From an uncultured Candidatus Binatia bacterium (lineage in GTDB: Bacteria > Desulfobacterota > Binatia > UBA9968 > JAJDTQ01), in contig OZ243916.1 of assembly GCA_965213675.1 (NCBI GenBank), positions 544,001 to 608,000 of the forward strand: 64,000 bases of DNA, given 5' to 3'. The position numbers and the translations under genes are program-made. The notes beneath the pieces are model-generated. The model was not told the DNA's origin and ran no database searches. It saw only the letters and a list, made by a program, of their open reading frames with translations. Below, one piece after another: positions 27,232 through 36,132 of this stretch (position 1 is its first letter; each line of letters starts with the position of its first letter).

Positions 27232-28215
27232 TCAAATTCGAAAGGTGCGGTGCGTGCTCGCGGCGAACAGTTCCTCGATGGCCATGCTGTGCTCGATCAT
27301 CCCCTGTTCGCCCATGTAACGTACGAATGTTTCGAGGGTCTTGCGGTTGGATTCCACACCGTAGGGCCAGAAATCCTCGCCCATGGCCTCCACGGTCCGG
27401 TAGGCGTGCTCGGTGAGGAAGGGCAGCGTCAGTGGGAGGGCGCTGGTCTGGGTAAGGTCGGCCACGGCCAGGTCCTTGGCCTCGGAAAAGGCCTTCATCA
27501 GGGTAGCGGCGACCCAGGGATGCTCGTCGAGAATCTCCCGCCGGATCGACACCGTGTGCATGATGGGGAAGATCCGGGTGCGGTTGAAGTAGTCCCGCTC
27601 CACCTTCCAGGGTTCCGGGAAGAGCCGCCGTACCGTGGCACCGGCAGGGTCGAAGGTGGAGGGCGTCCGGGCCGTGATCAACGCCTGGATCTCGCCGTCG
27701 GCCAGCATTTGCGCCAGGGAGCGGTCCGGCGGCGCGAAGCCGAGGCTGATGCCCGCCGGTTCCACCGGCTCGAAGGGGATCCGGCCGGGGTCTTCCAGGC
27801 CGCCCTGGATCCATTCGACGTCCCCGGCCCGGACGCCGTAGTCGTCTGAGAGGATTCCCCGCGCCCACACGGCCGCGGTCATCTGGTACTCCGGCACGCC
27901 GATTTGCTTGCCCTTGAGGTCCTCCGGGCCGTCTATGCCCGAACCGCCGTGAACGAAGATGCAGGACTGGCGGAAGAACCGCGACGGGAATACCGGAATC
28001 GCCATCAGGTCGTCGACGCCGCGCCCCCGGCGCACCACGTAGCCCCCCAGGGAGGTCTCGGCCACGTCGAACTCGCGGTATTGCATCATGCGCCAGAAGG
28101 TCTCCTCCACCTTCAGCGTCAGGCAGTTGAGCCGGATGCCGTCGGGCCGCACGCGGCCGTCCCGCAGGGCTTCGGTCCGGTCATAGTGGCCGCACGCCAG
28201 AGTCAGGTTCAGCAT
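27232..28215 (-). CDS. 4,5-dihydroxyphthalate decarboxylase-like / PBP-fold protein (paralog)
   Basis: LACGHYDRT, IPVFPSRFFR, GVPEYQMTAAVWARG, IFPIMH, DFWPYG. Confidence 0.85.
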   Translation of the reverse strand: MLNLTLACGHYDRTEALRDGRVRPDGIRLNCLTLKVEETFWRMMQYREFDVAETSLGGYVVRRGRGVDDLMAIPVFPSRFFRQSCIFVHGGSGIDGPEDLKGKQIGVPEYQMTAAVWARGILSDDYGVRAGDVEWIQGGLEDPGRIPFEPVEPAGISLGFAPPDRSLAQMLADGEIQALITARTPSTFDPAGATVRRLFPEPWKVERDYFNRTRIFPIMHTVSIRREILDEHPWVAATLMKAFSEAKDLAVADLTQTSALPLTLPFLTEHAYRTVEAMGEDFWPYGVESNRKTLETFVRYMGEQGMIEHSMAIEELFAASTHRTFRI

Positions 28216-28331
28216 GATGTCTCCCGGGGTCCGACCTTCCCTGAGGCAGTTGAATCAGTTGACAGGGTTCCGGCAGATTAGCTAATGCTGAAACAGTTTT
28301 CCAGACAGGACACGAACCTTGGGGGGTTGCC

Positions 28332-29120
28332 ATGAGTGATGCGCCGGTGCCGGTCAAGAGATGCCTGATCCGGACCATGTCCGACACCATCGAGACGGAC
28401 ATCCATCGGGTCCACGTCATCGCCAACGAGATCCTCCCGCGCTACCACAAGCCCAAGCTGTCCTTCGAGGAGCTGCGCAAGGTGGCGGACGGGCCGTTCG
28501 ATTTCTTCCTGGCGCCGATCCTTTTCGCGGAAGACTACGCGCGCGACCCGAACATCATCTACAACGAGGGGGTCCGCCGCGAGATCCGCGGCCACGCGCT
28601 GGAGATCGCCCGCCGCCACGGCTTCGACGTCGACCCGCCGGACTTCATCCCCGGCGTCGAGGAGTCCCTGAAGCAGGCCCGGGCCGCGGGCCTGAGCAAC
28701 ATGGTGCTCACCACCAGCGGCCGCCGCTACAAGCACCGGGTCATGGAGGAGCACGGCATCAGCGAGTACTTCGAGGAGATCATCGACCGCGACGAGACCT
28801 ACTTCCGCAAGGAGCAGGGAATCTACCACCTGTTCCGGAAGCTCAACCGGAATCTCGAAGTGATCCTCCTGTCCGGAACCGCCACCTACCTGCGGGCGGG
28901 CAACAACCTGGAATTCGCCCAGGTGGCCGGCAGCGACCTCTCGGTGTTCACCGTGGCCCTGGCCACGGAGCACTCCTACAACGACGAGGAAACACTGGCC
29001 GCGGCCAGGCCGAAGCTTCTCATCCGGAGCCTTGACGAGTTGTTCCCGAAGCTGCGCGAGGCCGGCGTCCTGGCCCCGGAAGGGGCCGCCCACCGCCCGG
29101 CTGCGTCCACCGCGGCATAG
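28332..29120 (+). CDS. HAD-fold protein lacking catalytic aspartates
   Basis: PGVEESLK......VLTTSG, I.EYFEEII, ALATEHS....L....P.LLI.SL.EL layout of HAD hydrolases; motif I reads RTMSDT. Confidence 0.6.
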   Translation: MSDAPVPVKRCLIRTMSDTIETDIHRVHVIANEILPRYHKPKLSFEELRKVADGPFDFFLAPILFAEDYARDPNIIYNEGVRREIRGHALEIARRHGFDVDPPDFIPGVEESLKQARAAGLSNMVLTTSGRRYKHRVMEEHGISEYFEEIIDRDETYFRKEQGIYHLFRKLNRNLEVILLSGTATYLRAGNNLEFAQVAGSDLSVFTVALATEHSYNDEETLAAARPKLLIRSLDELFPKLREAGVLAPEGAAHRPAASTAA

Positions 29121-29141
29121 GGCACGGCCGCCCGCCCGGCG

Positions 29142-29939
29142 TCAGCTCCGCGACCACTTGGTCTTCGGAATCTCCAACCGTTCGCCGTCCACGTGGATGG
29201 CGTCGACGCGCTCGTTGAAGAAGCACATCAGGTCCTTGATCCTGGGACACTCGGCGATGGTTTCCTCGTAGCTCCAGACCGTGTCCTCGAAGGGCGTGCC
29301 GTTTACGTTGGCGGACCAATAGCGGGCCGTGCCCTTGTAGGGACAACGCGACCTGGTGTCGCTGGGTTCCAGCAGGTCCATGCGCACGTCTTCCCGCGGC
29401 AGGTAATAGCGGATCAGGTGGCCGGTCTCGAGCACCAGCCGGGGCTGCCGCGAATCCGCCACCACCTCGCCGCCCAAGGTCACCTGCACCTGGCGTGAGC
29501 TCTTGAGCACGTCCACGCGCTTGTACGGGTCCCGGGCATGGACGAAGATCTCGTCCTCCTCCTCGTACCAGCCGTCCATCCGGTTCCAGTAGAAGGAGAG
29601 GTATCCCGCGATGTCACGGGACTGCGCCAGGGGGTCGGGGTAGCTCCAGGCCGCCGATTCGGCCGTCTTGCCCCCCGCGGCCACGTCCCAGTAGCAAGCC
29701 TCCCCCTTGACGGGGCAGCGGGTATGGTGGTCGTTGGGCGTCAGGCACTCCATGCGGACGTCTTCTGGCGGGAAATAGTAGACCGGGACGTGCCCCGCTT
29801 CCCGCAGAAGCATGGCCCGTTTCGTGTCGACGAGGGTCTCCCCGCCGAACTTCACCCGAACGCGCCGAGGGCTTTCCTCGAAGTCGAGCCAGTGCTCGGA
29901 GTGCTCGCCGTAGCTCCGCGGTTTGTGTACCGTTTCCAT
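29142..29939 (-). CDS. Tandem DUF427 domain protein
   Basis: Two repeats of YY.P.EDVRM..L.P....T/S.CP.KG.A.YW; HARDPYKRVD linker. Confidence 0.9.
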   Translation of the reverse strand: METVHKPRSYGEHSEHWLDFEESPRRVRVKFGGETLVDTKRAMLLREAGHVPVYYFPPEDVRMECLTPNDHHTRCPVKGEACYWDVAAGGKTAESAAWSYPDPLAQSRDIAGYLSFYWNRMDGWYEEEDEIFVHARDPYKRVDVLKSSRQVQVTLGGEVVADSRQPRLVLETGHLIRYYLPREDVRMDLLEPSDTRSRCPYKGTARYWSANVNGTPFEDTVWSYEETIAECPRIKDLMCFFNERVDAIHVDGERLEIPKTKWSRS

Positions 29940-30101
29940 GGGTTCCTCCGTTCGGGTTTCATGCAGGCGTCCCGCTCCCGGGACATGCGGATTCTGCTCA
30001 TGCAAGAGATGGGGTGTCAAGACGGGCCGGTTCCGCGGTTTGGCACGGGCCACCCCGCGTTGTAGAACATCCGGGAACACCCCACGGGAGGAAACGGACC
30101 C

Positions 30102-30569
30102 ATGAAACACAAGCCCGGTGACAAGGCGCCGGATTTCCGGTTGATGGACCAGCACGGCAATTCCCACAAGCTCTCCGGCTACAAGGGGAAGTGGGTGCTG
30201 CTGTTCTTCTACCCCAAGGACGCCACCCCCGGCTGAACGATGGAGGCCCGTAGTATACGGGACCACATAGCCGAGTTCGACAAGGCCGAGGCCATCGTCC
30301 TGGGAGTCAGCATCGATCCGGTCAAGAGCCACGCCAGGTTCGCCGAGAAGCACCAGCTTCCGTTCACGTTGCTGGCGGACGAGGAAAAGGAGGTGGTGAG
30401 GCTGTACGACGTATGGGGGCTCAAGAAGTTCATGGGTAGGGAATACGAGGGCACGTACCGGATGTCGTTTCTCATCGATCCCAAGGGCAAGATCGCCAGG
30501 ATTTACGAGAAGGTGAAACCCGGGCAGCACGCGCAAGAGGTGCTCGATGACCTGGCGGAGCTGGCTTAG
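30102..30569 (+). CDS. bcp: Selenocysteine-containing BCP/PrxQ peroxiredoxin (UGA at 30234-30236)
   Basis: MKHKPGDKAPDF.L.DQ.G....LS.YKGKWVLLFFYPKDATPG-UGA-TMEA; UGA sits at the peroxidatic Cys; frame continues VLGVS.D...SH..F..K..LPF.LL.D, R.SFLID..G. Confidence 0.9.
30240..30268 (+). promoter_or_regulatory. Bacterial SECIS-like stem-loop
   Basis: AUG-ga-GG-CCCGUA-gua-UACGGG-a-CC-a-CAU just after the UGA; apical G ~17 nt from the codon. Confidence 0.7.
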
Positions 30570-30631
30570 GGTTTCCCGGACATCGGCCGGGCCGCCGAAC
30601 GCGGGGGTCGGAACCGGGTCGGGATGAGCCC

Positions 30632-31120
30632 GTGACCGACACACGGCAGGGGGATGAGGCGTTCATGGCGCGGGCGCTGGCCGAGGCCGAGGCCGCGAGC
30701 CGGGAGGCGGAGGTGCCCGTCGGGGCGGTGGTCGTGTCCGGCGGCTCGGTGGTCGGCCAGGGACACAACCTGCGCGAGGCCCTGGGAGATCCGACGAGCC
30801 ACGCCGAGATCCTGGCCATCAGGGAGGCGGCCCGGGAACGCGGGTCCTGGCGCCTGGATGACTGCACGCTGTACGTGACCCTTGAGCCCTGCGTCATGTG
30901 CGCGGGCGCCATCGTCCAGGCCCGCATCGAGCGCCTGGTGTTCGGCTGCCCGGACCCCAAGGGTGGCGCGGTGAGGTCGCTCTACCGGGTTTGCGACGAC
31001 CCGCGCCTCAACCACCGCGTGGCCGTTACCGAAGGTGTCCTGGCGGACCGGTGCGCAGGCCTGCTCAAGCGGTTCTTCGCGGGCCTGCGGGGTTCCGATG
31101 CAGGCGGTGGGAGCGGATGA
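30632..31120 (+). CDS. tadA: tRNA adenosine(34) deaminase
   Basis: EVPVGAV, DPTSHAEILA, WRL..CTLYVTLEPCVMCAGA, DPKGGA, LNH. Confidence 0.95.
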   Translation: MTDTRQGDEAFMARALAEAEAASREAEVPVGAVVVSGGSVVGQGHNLREALGDPTSHAEILAIREAARERGSWRLDDCTLYVTLEPCVMCAGAIVQARIERLVFGCPDPKGGAVRSLYRVCDDPRLNHRVAVTEGVLADRCAGLLKRFFAGLRGSDAGGGSG

Positions 31121-31127
31121 CGTCGTT

Positions 31128-32492
31128 ATGGATGCCAGCGCGAAATACTTGAGCGCCTACGCCGCCGCCCTGGACTACCGGGACCTCCCTCCCGACACGA
31201 TCCACGAGGCCCGCCGCCGGATCCTCGATTCGGTGGGTTGCGCGTTGGGGGCCTACGCTGCCGAGCCGTGCCGCATCGCCCGGGAACTGGCGCCCGCCGT
31301 CCACGGCGGGGCGGCGGCGCGGATCCTGGGAACCGGACGGGTCACCCCGCCGGACATGGCCGCCTTCGCCAACACCGCCATGATCCGCTACCTGGACTGC
31401 AACGACAGCTTCGTGTCGCCGGGCGGAGGGCATCCCAGCGACATGCTGCCCGCGGTGCTGGCCGCGGCCGAGGCTGCCGGCGCGTCCGGGCGCGCGGCGA
31501 TCACCGCGCTGGTGCTAGCCTACGAGATCTACGGACAGTTCGCCGAGCGCGTCGCCACCCGCGAGAAGGGGTGGGACCAGGGACTCTTCATCGGTCCGGC
31601 GAGCGCCTGTGCCGCGGGCAAGGTCCTGGCGCTGCCGGAGGACCGGCTCGCCCACGCCATGTCCATGACGGCGGTGTCCCAGGTGCCGCTGGGTCAGACC
31701 CGGGTGGGCGAGCTGTCCATGTGGAAGGGCTGCGCCACCGCCATGGCCGTCCGCAACGGCGTCTTCGCCGCGCTCCTCGCCGGTGCCGGCATGGAGGGGC
31801 CGCCCGAACCCTTCGAAGGACGCTACGGCTTGTTCGACCAGGTGACCGGAGCCCTGCAGCTCGACGGTTTCGGCGATGCCGGGGCGGGCGTCCGGTTCAA
31901 GCTCAGCGACACCAGCATCAAGTATTTCCCGGTGCAGATCCACACCCAGGCCGGCGCGGCCATGGCGCTGGAGCTGAGGGACGAGTTCCACCTGGACGAC
32001 TTGGAACGCATCCGCATCGCCACCTACGCGGTGGCCGTCCGGAACGCCGCGGGCGAGCCCGAGAAATGGGATCCCAGGACCCGCGAAACCGCTGATCACA
32101 GCCTCCCGTACGTGGTTGCCGCCGCCCTGACCGACGGCGCGCTGACCCCGGCCAGCTTCGACGAGAAACGTATCGGCGATCCGCTGCTGCGGCCGCTCAT
32201 GCGCAAGGTCGAGGTCGGCGAGGACCCCGAGGCCACCCGCAACTATCCCGCCCAGCAGCGGGCCCGAATGGAGATCGAGCTGCGTTCCGGACGCCGGCTG
32301 ACACAAGCCGCCGACTACCCCAGGGGTCACAGCCGAAATCCGCTTTCCGACGACGAGCTCGAGCGGAAGTTCCTGGGCCTTACGACGGGCGTCCTGTCGC
32401 CGTCGCGGCAGAAGTCGCTGGCGGAGCTGCTGTGGCGGTTCGACGAGCTTGAAAATCTCGATGGCTTGTTCGAAGCTGCCCGAGTCGAATAA
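31128..32492 (+). CDS. MmgE/PrpD family protein
   Basis: RYLDCND, GHPSD, R.GELSMWKG, RETADHSLPY, PRGH..NP. Confidence 0.9.
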   Translation: MDASAKYLSAYAAALDYRDLPPDTIHEARRRILDSVGCALGAYAAEPCRIARELAPAVHGGAAARILGTGRVTPPDMAAFANTAMIRYLDCNDSFVSPGGGHPSDMLPAVLAAAEAAGASGRAAITALVLAYEIYGQFAERVATREKGWDQGLFIGPASACAAGKVLALPEDRLAHAMSMTAVSQVPLGQTRVGELSMWKGCATAMAVRNGVFAALLAGAGMEGPPEPFEGRYGLFDQVTGALQLDGFGDAGAGVRFKLSDTSIKYFPVQIHTQAGAAMALELRDEFHLDDLERIRIATYAVAVRNAAGEPEKWDPRTRETADHSLPYVVAAALTDGALTPASFDEKRIGDPLLRPLMRKVEVGEDPEATRNYPAQQRARMEIELRSGRRLTQAADYPRGHSRNPLSDDELERKFLGLTTGVLSPSRQKSLAELLWRFDELENLDGLFEAARVE

Positions 32493-32536
32493 CGCCCTCT
32501 CCCGCCGAGAGGGGCCATTCAAGAGGAGGTTTCATC

Positions 32537-32914
32537 ATGTCCAAGCTGGCCCAGTTCCGTTCGTGGAATTTCAATGCCGAGGATCTGGACAAGACCGTGA
32601 GCTTCTACCAGGATGTCCTCGGGGCCACGGTCCGCAAAAAGCACGTGGTGGCTGGCGTGGATGTGGTCCGGCTCAATCTCGGCGGCACCGTCCTGGGCGT
32701 CTTCGACGCCTCCAAGGATCGCCACCCCCGCGTCCCTCACCACACCTTCGAGATCGACGGATCACCGGGCGAGCCCGAGGACTTCGTCAAGGAAATCGAG
32801 GCCAGGGGCGCCAAGGTCAGCGAAATCCGCCGCCACGGCGAGGGCAAAGGGTACTCGGTCTACGTCATCGACCCGAGCGGAAACCGGCTGGAGTTGTCCA
32901 CGTCGTCGGGGTAG
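32537..32914 (+). CDS. VOC/glyoxalase family protein
   Basis: DLDKTVSFYQDVLG, HH.F, SVYV.DPSGNRLEL; AGGAGG RBS. Confidence 0.85.
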   Translation: MSKLAQFRSWNFNAEDLDKTVSFYQDVLGATVRKKHVVAGVDVVRLNLGGTVLGVFDASKDRHPRVPHHTFEIDGSPGEPEDFVKEIEARGAKVSEIRRHGEGKGYSVYVIDPSGNRLELSTSSG

Positions 32915-32945
32915 GAGCTCGTGGCGAGGGTGGGAACACGCAAGC

Positions 32946-32974
32946 TTGCACATGACCCGTTTGAGGTCTATATT
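32946..32974 (+). promoter_or_regulatory. sigma70 promoter TTGCAC-N17-TATATT of the phd-parE operon
   Basis: 17-bp spacer containing a GACC...GGTC inverted motif. Confidence 0.6.
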
Positions 32975-32994
32975 TGGTCTTTGGGGAGTCCGTC

Positions 32995-33267
32995 GTGAAG
33001 CTGTCCAGTCAGATCAAGCCCATAAGCTACCTCAAGTCCCACGCGGCCGAGATCGTGCGAACGCTGGGCAACAGGGGGGAACCCTTGATCATCACCCAGA
33101 ACGGTGAGGCCAAGGCCGTCTTGCAGGATATCGACACCTACGAACAGATGCAGGAGACGGTTGCGCTGCTCAAGATTCTGGCGCTGGGTACCCGCCAGAT
33201 CGAAGCCGGCCAAGTTCAGCCGGCCACGGAAGTCATCGCGCGGCTCCGGGCGCGACAGACTACCTGA
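32995..33267 (+). CDS. Phd/YefM family antitoxin
   Basis: VKLSSQIKPISYLK.HAAEI, PLIITQNGEAKAVLQD, LLKILALG. Confidence 0.9.
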   Translation: MKLSSQIKPISYLKSHAAEIVRTLGNRGEPLIITQNGEAKAVLQDIDTYEQMQETVALLKILALGTRQIEAGQVQPATEVIARLRARQTT

Positions 33268-33593
33268 TGTCGTTCGCGGTCCAGTTGACCGAAGACGCGC
33301 TACGGGACGTGGAGGAGATCGACGACTACGTCCGGCAGCACGATGGGCCGCGTCGTGCGGATCATGTCCTGGAGCGGTTCGAGTCAGCCTTCGCGAGTCT
33401 GTCCGATCGTCCTCACAGCGGACGCTATCCACGGGAGTTGCTGGACACCGGGGTTCGGGAGTACCGCGAAATCTTTTTCAAGCCCTACCGTATCGTCTAC
33501 CGGGTGATAGAGAACAGTGTCTACGTGCTGCTGATCGCCGACGGGCGGCGTGACATGCAAACTTTGTTGCAACGGCGCCTGCTCCAGGCATAG
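33267..33593 (+). CDS. ParE/RelE family toxin
   Basis: V.LT.DA.RD..EI..Y, G.YP.EL...G..EYRE....PYRIVYR, DGRRDMQ.LL.RRLL; 1-nt overlap with antitoxin. Confidence 0.9.
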   Translation: MSFAVQLTEDALRDVEEIDDYVRQHDGPRRADHVLERFESAFASLSDRPHSGRYPRELLDTGVREYREIFFKPYRIVYRVIENSVYVLLIADGRRDMQTLLQRRLLQA

Positions 33594-33645
33594 GTCTTGT
33601 CGCGGTCTGGCGGCGGCTGACATGGAGTAGCTTGGGAACCTCAGC

Positions 33646-34581
33646 GTGCCGAATTCCAGGAAAGCACCGCTTGGCGCACTCTGCGTGGCACTGTTACTGT
33701 TCGCGGGACCGCAACCCGCGGCGTCCGATCCGGTTCTGATAGCCAAACGCGAGTCCGTCTACAACAACATCTACGTCTTCAAGGAAGGCCCCATCGTCAC
33801 CATGACGTTCGGTCACAACCGGGCGCTCTACACGGAGACGGTCTACGACACGCGCGACGAGTTCGCGCTCCCTTCACGATACACACGGTACATGACCGCC
33901 GTCCTCGCCTACGCGGGCGACGTGGACCGCGTCCTCGAAATCGGTTTCGGCGGGGGCCGGACCGCGTGGTACCTCCACAGGACCATGCCCGACCTTGAAG
34001 TCGTTTCGGTGGAGCTCGACCCGGAGGTGTTCGATCTGGCCAAACGTCACTTCGGAGTCCGGCTCGAACGGAATTTCAATGTCTCCATCGAGGATGGCCG
34101 CCGATACATTCAGCGTCGGAGAACACAATGGCCCGTCATCCTGATCGACGCCTATCGCAGCGCGTTCGTGCCTTTTCATCTGCTCACGACGGAGTTCTAC
34201 AAACTCGTCAAGACCCGCCTCAGCCCGGGCGGGGCCGTGGCGCAGAACGTCGAGCCCAACACCATGATGTTCGACGCCGCCCTCGTCACCATCGGCAAGG
34301 TCTTCGACCACGTGGACCTGTACGATGCGGGAGGCAACGTGGTGATGATCGCCTATGACGGGCCCAGGCGCGAACAGGCGCGGTTGGCGTCAACCGCCGC
34401 AAGGTTGGACGATGCGTTCGGGTTCAAGTACCCGTTGAGCGGAATGGTCTCCCAACGACGCAGCGTCGAGCGCCTGCCGGACACCGCCGCGCTCACGGAT
34501 GATTTCGCGCCGGTGGAATCGCTCCGCGCGATAAAGAGGCACAATCGCAAACTGGACGAGTTCCTGAAAGGGAAGTGGTGA
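33646..34581 (+). CDS. Spermidine-synthase-like SAM-dependent transferase domain with signal-peptide-like N-terminus
   Basis: VLEIGFGGG, VELDPEV, EDGRRY, ILIDAY, PFHLLT.EFY, LTDDFAPVE. Confidence 0.8.
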   Translation: MPNSRKAPLGALCVALLLFAGPQPAASDPVLIAKRESVYNNIYVFKEGPIVTMTFGHNRALYTETVYDTRDEFALPSRYTRYMTAVLAYAGDVDRVLEIGFGGGRTAWYLHRTMPDLEVVSVELDPEVFDLAKRHFGVRLERNFNVSIEDGRRYIQRRRTQWPVILIDAYRSAFVPFHLLTTEFYKLVKTRLSPGGAVAQNVEPNTMMFDAALVTIGKVFDHVDLYDAGGNVVMIAYDGPRREQARLASTAARLDDAFGFKYPLSGMVSQRRSVERLPDTAALTDDFAPVESLRAIKRHNRKLDEFLKGKW

Positions 34582-35198
34582 TGGGACGTGCGATCGGTTC
34601 GGTGTGGCTGTTCCTGCTGATCTTTCTTTCCGGCTTCGCCCTCATGGGCTTCGAGATGTTGGGAAGCCGGTACCTCAATCCCTACTTCGGCAGCGGCATC
34701 ACGACATGGGCCTGCCTGATTTCCGTGGTGCTTTTCGCGATGATGGTCGGCTACACCATGGGAGGCATCGTCGCCGATCGTTCCCGAGAAATCTGGATCG
34801 TATCGAGCGTGCTCTCCGTCGTCGGAGTGTACCTGATCCTCGTGGCGTTCCTGGCGAACCGGGTCATGGAAGGCATCATGCTGTCCGCCGGCTACGACTT
34901 CTGGGGCATCATGCTCGCCTCCGTGTGTCTGACGTTTCTCCCCGTGGCGCTGCTTGCAGCGCTATCCCCGTTCTTCGTCCGTCTCTTGCTCAAGGAACTG
35001 GAGTACGGCGGACGTATTACCGGCGCCGTGTACGGAGTCTCCACCATGGGAAACGTGCTCGGCACCCTGGTGACCGTGTTCGTGTTCATCCCCAACGTGG
35101 GGACCAGCAAGATAACCGTGGTGTTCGGAGGCGTCCTGATCGCGTGCGGCGTGGCCTCACTTCTCCTGAGTCGCTCCGGCGCCGTGCGGGACGTCTGA
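34575..35198 (+). CDS. Membrane domain of the fused MFS/spermidine synthase family, stand-alone
   Basis: FLSGF..M.FEM.GSR.L.PYFG....TW..LISV, G..YGVST.G..LGT. Confidence 0.8.
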   Translation: MVMGRAIGSVWLFLLIFLSGFALMGFEMLGSRYLNPYFGSGITTWACLISVVLFAMMVGYTMGGIVADRSREIWIVSSVLSVVGVYLILVAFLANRVMEGIMLSAGYDFWGIMLASVCLTFLPVALLAALSPFFVRLLLKELEYGGRITGAVYGVSTMGNVLGTLVTVFVFIPNVGTSKITVVFGGVLIACGVASLLLSRSGAVRDV

Positions 35199-35253
35199 AA
35201 TATATTGAATGGCCCGCTATATGGACGGCCGTCTGGATTAAAATGAACGATTT

Positions 35254-35285
35254 TAGTTGACAAATAGGTGAGTAGTTGGGAAATT
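35254..35285 (+). promoter_or_regulatory. abiE promoter region: TTGACA -35 with direct repeats TAGTTGnnAAAT
   Basis: Perfect TTGACA at 35257; repeats at 35254 and 35273; AT-rich. Confidence 0.5.
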
Positions 35286-35295
35286 TATTGCCATT

Positions 35296-36132
35296 ATGTC
35301 GCTGGAGCGTCTGACTAAAGGTTCGGCACGACTCAATGATTTCCTGGCCCGGCACGCCGTCTTCTCGGTGGACGAACTGGATGATTTTCTGTCCAACCGA
35401 GGGTCCAACAACACGAGCACTCGCGCATCGCTACTAGCCTACCACAGTAGACAGGGGCGGATCATCCACGTGCGTCGTGGCCTGTATGCCACCGTTCCGT
35501 TGGGATCGGACCCGGCCTCCGCGCCGGTCGATCCGTATCTGGTGGCGGCCAAGATGACCGAAGACGCGGTGCTGGCCTATCACACGGCCATGGAATTCCA
35601 CGGCAGGGCCTATGCCGTCCATTGGAGACTGGTCTACCTTTCAGCGATCAAGTCTCTTCCGCTCACCTTCCAATCGCATGCATATCGGGGTGCGCTGTTT
35701 CCACCGCCGCTCCTGGCGAAGAGCGCCGCAGGGTTCGGAGTCGTCCGTCACCATCGCTCCGGTGTGGAAGTTAGGGTGACGAACCACGAGAGGACCTTGG
35801 TCGATATGCTCGATCGGCCGGATCTCACTGGAAGCTGGGAAGAGATATGGCGCTCTCTGGAATCGGTGGAGTTCTTCGATTTGGATCAGGTCATCGAATA
35901 CACGCGTCTCTTGGAGAATGCCACCACCTCGGCAAAGGTCGGATTCTTCCTGGAGCAACACAGGGAACCGTTGATGGTGGAAGATGCCCACCTTGATGCT
36001 CTGCGTGGCTTGAGGCCCCGGCAGCCCCACTATATGACGCGCTACAACCGCAGAGACTGCAAGCGGGTCAAAGGCTGGAACCTGATGATCCCCGACGAGA
36101 TCCTCAATCGATCCTGGGGGGAGGTCACGTGA
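35296..36132 (+). CDS. AbiEi-type (type IV TA) antitoxin/transcriptional regulator
   Basis: I..VRRGLY, AY.TA.EFHG, RVT..ERTLVD.L.RP...G..EE. Confidence 0.85.
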   Translation: MSLERLTKGSARLNDFLARHAVFSVDELDDFLSNRGSNNTSTRASLLAYHSRQGRIIHVRRGLYATVPLGSDPASAPVDPYLVAAKMTEDAVLAYHTAMEFHGRAYAVHWRLVYLSAIKSLPLTFQSHAYRGALFPPPLLAKSAAGFGVVRHHRSGVEVRVTNHERTLVDMLDRPDLTGSWEEIWRSLESVEFFDLDQVIEYTRLLENATTSAKVGFFLEQHREPLMVEDAHLDALRGLRPRQPHYMTRYNRRDCKRVKGWNLMIPDEILNRSWGEVT

